Source: an uncultured Methanosarcinales archaeon (GTDB lineage: Archaea > Nanobdellota > Nanobdellia > Woesearchaeales > CAZXZL01). Taken from it: a stretch of 33,448 nt of DNA. Below are positions 28,272 through 33,448 of the stretch, one piece after another. The notes under the pieces were generated by a model. It was not told where the DNA came from. It searched no databases and worked only from the letters and a program-made list of their open reading frames with translations. The stretch covers positions 1 to 33,448 of the forward strand of contig CAZXZL010000006.1 in assembly GCA_964645415.1 (NCBI GenBank). The letters run 5' to 3'. The translations under genes were made by a program, and so were the position numbers. Within the stretch, counting starts at the first letter, position 1; every line of letters starts with the position of its first letter.

Positions 28272-29493
28272 AAATATAAAGGCAAGAGAAATTCTTGACT
28301 CAAGAGGAAATCCAACGATTGAATGTGTAGTTGTTACTGAAAATGGAGAGTTTTCAAGTAAAGTACCTAGTGGTGCATCTACTGGAGTACATGAAGCTGT
28401 TGAACTTAGAGATAATGATGATGAATATTTTGGAAAAGGTGTTAAAGAAGCAGTTATGAACATAGAATCTGTCATAAAACCATATTTAATTGATTTAGAT
28501 CCTGCTTTTCAAGAAGAAATTGATGAGATTTTAATTAAACTTGATGGAACTAATAATAAATCGAATCTTGGAGCTAATGCTTTACTTGCTGTTAGTTTAG
28601 CATGTGCAAGAGCTGGAGCAAGTTCTGTCGGTCTTCCTTTGTATAAACACATTAATAATGTTTATTCTAGGACATATAATAATAGTATTTCTTTACCACA
28701 TATATTTAGTAATGTTATAAATGGTGGAGAGCATGCGGGAAATAATTTAGACATACAAGAATTTATGATAACTACTTCTGGTAAAACAGTTAGAGAAAGA
28801 ATAAGAAAAACAGTTGAGATATATCATATTTTAAAAGAGAAAATTAAATCAAAATATGGTCTTAATGCTGTAAATGTTGGTGATGAAGGTGGTTTTGCTC
28901 CTCCTTTAGAAGATGCTCGTGAGGCTCTCAATTTATTAGAAGATTCAATTGAAGAAAGTGGATATTTAAATACTGAGATTGCAATTGATGCTGCTGCTTC
29001 TGAATTTTATGAAGATGGTTCTTATCATTTAGGTAATAAGATCTATTCTAGTGGTGAATTAATTGATTATTACTTAAAATTAATTGAAGAGTATGATCGT
29101 ATTATTTCTTTAGAAGATCCTTTCCATGAAGATGATTTTAAAGCATTTCATAATTTCAAAAAACAAACTAATATTCAAGTAGTAGGTGATGATTTACTTG
29201 TTACAAATCCAAAAAGAATTAAAGAAGCTATTGATTATAAAATGTGTAATGCTTTACTTCTTAAAGTAAACCAGATTGGAACTTTAAGTGAGGCATTAAT
29301 TGCTTCTGCAAAATCAATGAAATCAGGTTGGCATGTAATGGTAAGTCATAGAAGTGGTGAAACAGAAGATCCATTTATTTCAGATTTAGTTGTTGGTATC
29401 GGTTCAGGTCAAATTAAAATTGGCGCTCCTTGTAGGGGTGAGAGAACTGCAAAATATAACCGTCTATTAGAAATTGAGGAGATGTTAAAATGA
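28261..29493 (+). CDS. eno: Enolase (phosphopyruvate hydratase)
   Basis: AREILDSRGNPT, VPSGASTG, GDEGGFAP, DAAASEF, VGDDL, KVNQIGT and SHRSGET motifs; GGTGA at 28251. Confidence 0.98.
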   Translation: MKIKNIKAREILDSRGNPTIECVVVTENGEFSSKVPSGASTGVHEAVELRDNDDEYFGKGVKEAVMNIESVIKPYLIDLDPAFQEEIDEILIKLDGTNNKSNLGANALLAVSLACARAGASSVGLPLYKHINNVYSRTYNNSISLPHIFSNVINGGEHAGNNLDIQEFMITTSGKTVRERIRKTVEIYHILKEKIKSKYGLNAVNVGDEGGFAPPLEDAREALNLLEDSIEESGYLNTEIAIDAAASEFYEDGSYHLGNKIYSSGELIDYYLKLIEEYDRIISLEDPFHEDDFKAFHNFKKQTNIQVVGDDLLVTNPKRIKEAIDYKMCNALLLKVNQIGTLSEALIASAKSMKSGWHVMVSHRSGETEDPFISDLVVGIGSGQIKIGAPCRGERTAKYNRLLEIEEMLK

Positions 29494-30236
29494 GTACTAG
29501 AATAAATTTAATTGAATTTTTTAATGAAAATGAAAAAAATACTATTTTAAAACCTTTTATTCATTATACTTTTGTTCCTGCTACTATGAGTGTTGTATTA
29601 CACATTCTTGCAGGGACAAAACTTGAACGTGAAATGGAATTTTTAATCTGGCAAAGGTGTTCTAATCTTCCTATTAGAAATACTAATATATTCGGTTTAT
29701 CTATGTTGGCTGATTCATATGATTTGAATCCATACGTTCTTACTGAAACTGAAGAATTTGATTATCCTGAGTATCGATTTAAAGGTTATTCAAAGAAAGA
29801 TCTTAGAAAGAGTAAAATTATGAATGATACTATGTTAAAAATAGCAAAAGAAAGAGGAATTAATATTAAAAATAAAGATGAGATTCCTTTTCATTATTTT
29901 TCTAGAATTGTAAAAAAACATGCTGTTTTAGTTAGATTAAATATTAAATACTTAGACTGGCTTGATTATAATCAAAGTACTATTCTTTTTTTAACAATGG
30001 ATGAAGATAATGATTTTATTGTTTATCATCCTGCAAATGGTTGTTTTGAAAAAATAGAAAAAGAGATGGTTCAAAAATCTTATAAAAACTTATCTGAGGC
30101 TAAAAGACCTCATCAATTATTAGTGCTTAGAGAAAATAGAAGTAAAAATGATATCAAATTACCTAATCCTTCTATTGAAATAACTGAAAAAGATAAAGAG
30201 TTTTTTGAAGATTATTTTTCAAATAAAGATAATTAA
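29490..30236 (+). CDS. Peptidase C39-like (DUF3335-like) protein, probably catalytically degenerate
   Basis: E..IW....LP, G....A, DYP.YRF, LVRLN and F.V..P..G resemble C39-like papain folds, but the canonical Q...C and H...D residues are not seen. ATGA overlap with eno. Confidence 0.5.
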   Translation: MSTRINLIEFFNENEKNTILKPFIHYTFVPATMSVVLHILAGTKLEREMEFLIWQRCSNLPIRNTNIFGLSMLADSYDLNPYVLTETEEFDYPEYRFKGYSKKDLRKSKIMNDTMLKIAKERGINIKNKDEIPFHYFSRIVKKHAVLVRLNIKYLDWLDYNQSTILFLTMDEDNDFIVYHPANGCFEKIEKEMVQKSYKNLSEAKRPHQLLVLRENRSKNDIKLPNPSIEITEKDKEFFEDYFSNKDN

Positions 30237-30251
30237 TTAATTTTTTTTTAT

Positions 30252-30794
30252 TTATCTACTTTCTTCTATGTCTATTATTTTTATGTCTGCAACTATTGTT
30301 TTTCCACTTAAAGGATGATTTAAGTCAAGGATGATTTTATTTCCTTTAATTTTAGAAACCCAACAAGGAGTTAATTTTCCTTTTTTGTCTTTTATTATAA
30401 TCTGTTCACCAACCTTACCTTTAAAATGTTCTCTTTTGATGATCTTTTTCTTTTTAGGATCATGTTTTCCATAAGCTTTTTCTGGAGGAATTTCAAAAAC
30501 TTTCTTTTCACCAATTTTCATCCCAATTATTTTTTCTTCTAAACCTTTTAATGTTGTATTATTTCCTACAATTATCTTAAGTGTATCGTGTTTTCTAGAT
30601 ATATCAATTATTCCTGAATGATCTGCTTCAAATGGAATACTTGTATCTATGACTATTCCATTTTTTAGTGTTAAAGTATAATCCATTTCAATTTTATCGC
30701 CTTCTTCTACAAACTCCTTTTTTCTTGTTTGACTTTCTTTATCTCCATGAATTATTTTTCCAAATTTTTTGATATCATCATTTTCTAAGTTCAT
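30252..30794 (-). CDS. FKBP-type peptidyl-prolyl isomerase (SlyD/short archaeal FKBP with IF domain)
   Basis: GD....DYT..L.NG.V.DTS, GLEE...GMK.GEKK...IPPEKAYG and LD.NHPL.GK motifs. Confidence 0.92.
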   Translation of the reverse strand: MNLENDDIKKFGKIIHGDKESQTRKKEFVEEGDKIEMDYTLTLKNGIVIDTSIPFEADHSGIIDISRKHDTLKIIVGNNTTLKGLEEKIIGMKIGEKKVFEIPPEKAYGKHDPKKKKIIKREHFKGKVGEQIIIKDKKGKLTPCWVSKIKGNKIILDLNHPLSGKTIVADIKIIDIEESR

Positions 30795-30802
30795 TATTTC
30801 AC

Positions 30803-31240
30803 CTAAGGTAACTTATTTAAGAATCTTTCAACCATTTTTTCTATCCCTTTATTACTTTGAGTTTGTTTTTCTTTAGGTTTACTATCTTTTTTTTCCTTTT
30901 TTTCTTTTAAGTAATTTATTAATTTTTCTAAAGAATTTATTTTTAATTTTCTTCTTACTTTTTTGAACCAAGAATCATCTTTTTGCTTTCTTTCAATTTC
31001 TAAATTAATATTATCTTCTGTTTTTCTTGGTATTATTTCAAGTTTATTATTTTTATATATTAAGTTTACACCATGAAACTTTTCAAGTTTTATTAAAGAT
31101 ATACTTAAGTTTGATGCTCCCATGAAAGCAGTATTAAAGTTTTTAAAATTATCTTCTTTTAATTCTATTTCTATTTCTCCTTTAGAAGCACATTTTTTTG
31201 GAAAATTAACTTTCATCTGTTCATTTTCAAATATTTTCAT
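30803..31240 (-). CDS. Degenerate HIT-family-like protein
   Basis: KIFENE...........GEI.I..K, G.NL and IIPR...D.I.L match the HIT scaffold, but the HxHxH triad is absent. Confidence 0.5.
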   Translation of the reverse strand: MKIFENEQMKVNFPKKCASKGEIEIELKEDNFKNFNTAFMGASNLSISLIKLEKFHGVNLIYKNNKLEIIPRKTEDNINLEIERKQKDDSWFKKVRRKLKINSLEKLINYLKEKKEKKDSKPKEKQTQSNKGIEKMVERFLNKLP

Positions 31241-31382
31241 AATACTTTATTAATTAACTTAATTGTTTTTAAATTTTGTTCTTGATTTTTTTGTTAAAAC
31301 TTTTAGATTTCATTTTAATGAATGTCTTAGAAATTTATTAAGAAATAATTAAATTGTTTATTATTTAAATATTTTAGAGTTA

Positions 31383-31657
31383 ATTTAGGTAAACAGTTTA
31401 GATCTTTTTTAGGTAAACATTAATTGAAGGTTATTTAGGTAAACAGTTTAGANNNNNNNNNNNNNNNNNNNNNNNNNNNNNNNNNNNNNNNNNNNNNNNN
31501 NNNNNNNNNNNNNNNNNNNNNNNNNNNNNNNNNNNNNNNNNNNNNNNNNNNNTTAGATCTTTTTTAGGTAAACATTAATTGAAGGTTATTTAGGTAAACA
31601 GTTTAGATCTTTTTTAGGTAAACATTAATTGAAGGTTATTTAGGTAAACAGTTTAGA
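31383..31657. repeat. Non-coding 50-bp tandem repeat array with a 12-bp core TTTAGGTAAACA
   Basis: Unit ATTTAGGTAAACAGTTTAGATCTTTTTTAGGTAAACATTAATTGAAGGTT. The 12-mer is at 31384, 31408, 31434, 31563, 31589, 31613 and 31639. Interrupted by Ns. Confidence 0.93.
31453..31552. other. Assembly/scaffold gap (100 N)
   Basis: Run of exactly 100 N inside the repeat array. Confidence 0.99.
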
Positions 31658-31730
31658 AATCAAAATCATCTAAGAATTATTTTAAATATTTTTTAAATAC
31701 TTTTATAAATATTTATTATTTACTAATTAT

Positions 31731-32693
31731 ATGGCAAAACGAAAAAAGACTCAATATGTTTCTGAATTGAGTAAGTCTGATGCTGTAGATGATATTTTTG
31801 TAGTAAAAGAAAAACTTGATGTAACTAAATACAAAAAAGGTCACCGTTTTACATTAATTATTGGAGATAGGACTGGAGAAATAGAGTATAAGTTTTGGGG
31901 AGGAAAAGATAAAGATAGTGTTGAAGCTGTTTATAATAAATTTTCCAAAGATGATGTGATTTATGTTACTGGAAAGGTTACAGAGTGGAGAAATAGTTTA
32001 GAGATTAGTGCAAATTCTGATGATATTATAACGATTGTTCCAAGAGAAGAGTATTTTTTAAAATATTTTATTGAAACATCTAAAACTGATCTTGATGAAA
32101 TATTTAAAGAAATAGAATCATATTTTGAAAATATTGAAAATAAGAAACTTAGAGAACTTTTAGAAAATATTTTTGGTGATAATGTTATTTCTTCTGAGTT
32201 TATGAAATCGCCATTAACTGTTTATAATCATTATAATTGGGTTGGTGGTCTAATGGAACATACTTTAAATGTAACTAAAATTTGTGATTTACTTTTAAAA
32301 ATACATCCTTCATTAAATAGTGATATCTTAATTACCTCTGCTTTACTTCATGATATAGGAAAAATTAATTCATATAATATTACTACAAATATTAAACAAT
32401 CAAAAAGAAACCGTTTATTAGGTCATGTTATAATGGGAATTCAAATTGTTTCAAAAAGAGCAAATGAAATTGAATTACCAGAGTCATTAACTGATAATTT
32501 AATACATATTATTTCAACTCATCATGGTAAATTAGAGAAGAATTATTTATATAAACCTTCAACTCCTGAAGCAGTTGCTTTAAAATATGCTAATGATTTA
32601 GATTCAAAAACAACTATGATCTCTAAGAAAAGAGAAGAATTATCTGGGGATAGAGTTGATTTTGAGGATTTAGGAAGTTTTGTTTTAGGTTAA
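31731..32693 (+). CDS. YhaM/Cbf1-like OB-fold plus HD-domain protein (3'-5' exoribonuclease family)
   Basis: OB fold (L..GD.TGEI..KFW, V.GKV.EW....EI) plus HD motifs GGLMEHT, LLHDIGK, GH, HHG and P.TPEA. Confidence 0.88.
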   Translation: MAKRKKTQYVSELSKSDAVDDIFVVKEKLDVTKYKKGHRFTLIIGDRTGEIEYKFWGGKDKDSVEAVYNKFSKDDVIYVTGKVTEWRNSLEISANSDDIITIVPREEYFLKYFIETSKTDLDEIFKEIESYFENIENKKLRELLENIFGDNVISSEFMKSPLTVYNHYNWVGGLMEHTLNVTKICDLLLKIHPSLNSDILITSALLHDIGKINSYNITTNIKQSKRNRLLGHVIMGIQIVSKRANEIELPESLTDNLIHIISTHHGKLEKNYLYKPSTPEAVALKYANDLDSKTTMISKKREELSGDRVDFEDLGSFVLG

Positions 32694-32747
32694 TTATTTT
32701 CATTATTATTATTTTTCTATTTTTATAGTACTTTTTATGGTGGTTTA

Positions 32748-33401
32748 ATGAATAAAAAAATACTAAATAACGTTGATGAGATATTAAATCAAATTTCAAC
32801 AATTATTGAAAAAGCTCCTGTTGTTAGTTTCATTGCATTTCAATCAAATAATCCTTTTAAAGTATTAATTTCTACTATTTTAAGTTCAAGAACAAAAGAT
32901 GAAACAACTTTAAAGGCTGTTGAAAAATTATTCTCTGAGATTTCTACTCCAAAAGAACTTTCAAATTTAAGTGAGGATAAGATTCAAGAGTTAATTTATC
33001 CTGTTGGTTTTTATAAATCAAAATCTTCTTATCTTAAGGAAACTTCAAAGATTTTAGTTGAAAAATATAATTCTAAGGTTCCAAATAGTATGAAAGAACT
33101 TTTAAAATTAAAAGGTGTAGGTCGAAAAACTGCGAATCTTGTTTTGACAGAAGCTTTTGATAAGGATGGAATGTGTGTTGATACTCATGTTCATCGAATT
33201 AGTAATAGATTTGGTTTAATTGACACTGATAATCCTGAAGAGAGTGAATTTAAATTACGTGAAGTACTACCTAAAAAATATTGGGGAGATTTTAATTATC
33301 ATTTAGTTGCTTTAGGTCAAACAATATGTAGACCTATTTCTCCAAAGTGTGATAAATGTCCAATATATGAATACTGTGATAGAATTGGAGTGGATAAATA
33401 A
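32748..33401 (+). CDS. nth: Endonuclease III (HhH-GPD DNA glycosylase/AP lyase)
   Basis: PF.VLISTILS.RT.D, GFY..K, HhH LKGVGRKTANL, VDTHVHRI and C-x6-C-x2-C-x5-C Fe-S loop. Confidence 0.96.
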   Translation: MNKKILNNVDEILNQISTIIEKAPVVSFIAFQSNNPFKVLISTILSSRTKDETTLKAVEKLFSEISTPKELSNLSEDKIQELIYPVGFYKSKSSYLKETSKILVEKYNSKVPNSMKELLKLKGVGRKTANLVLTEAFDKDGMCVDTHVHRISNRFGLIDTDNPEESEFKLREVLPKKYWGDFNYHLVALGQTICRPISPKCDKCPIYEYCDRIGVDK

Positions 33402-33448
33402 ATAAATAATTCTATTTCTTTTTATCTTATTCAAATAATTACTTTTTT

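Noticed and set aside
31383..31657. CRISPR array
   Set aside because: The core is only 12 bp, the linkers are 12/14 bp and repeat identically, and there are no cas genes in the window.
1..33448. tRNA/rRNA genes or stop-codon reassignment
   Set aside because: No GC-rich cloverleaf or rRNA-like segments. Conserved genes are full length and end in TAA, TAG or TGA, consistent with code 11.

Overview
Very AT-rich (roughly 20-25% GC by eye), gene-dense archaeal chromosome segment. Gene content and style suggest a DPANN lineage, probably Woesearchaeota-like (inference). Housekeeping genes include pheS/pheT, rpl34e/rpl14e, PAN with a PUA-domain neighbour, a beta-CASP MBL ribonuclease, SppA, type II methionine aminopeptidase, class I CCA-adding enzyme, pyrH, enolase, an SlyD-type FKBP and endonuclease III. 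No rRNA, tRNA, CRISPR array, transposase or integrase was seen. The most notable elements are: (1) a non-coding 50-bp tandem array built from a repeated 12-mer TTTAGGTAAACA, which spans an assembly gap and sits between an apparently degenerate HIT-like gene and a YhaM/Cbf1-like OB-HD gene with altered metal ligands; (2) two tandem membrane proteins sharing a ~90% identical N-terminal cassette but with unrelated coiled-coil C-termini, directly upstream of the oapABC/arvABC GTPase operon and near a stand-alone HerA-like ATPase; (3) two tandem pilin-like paralogs; (4) an apparently inactive C39-like peptidase coupled to enolase.
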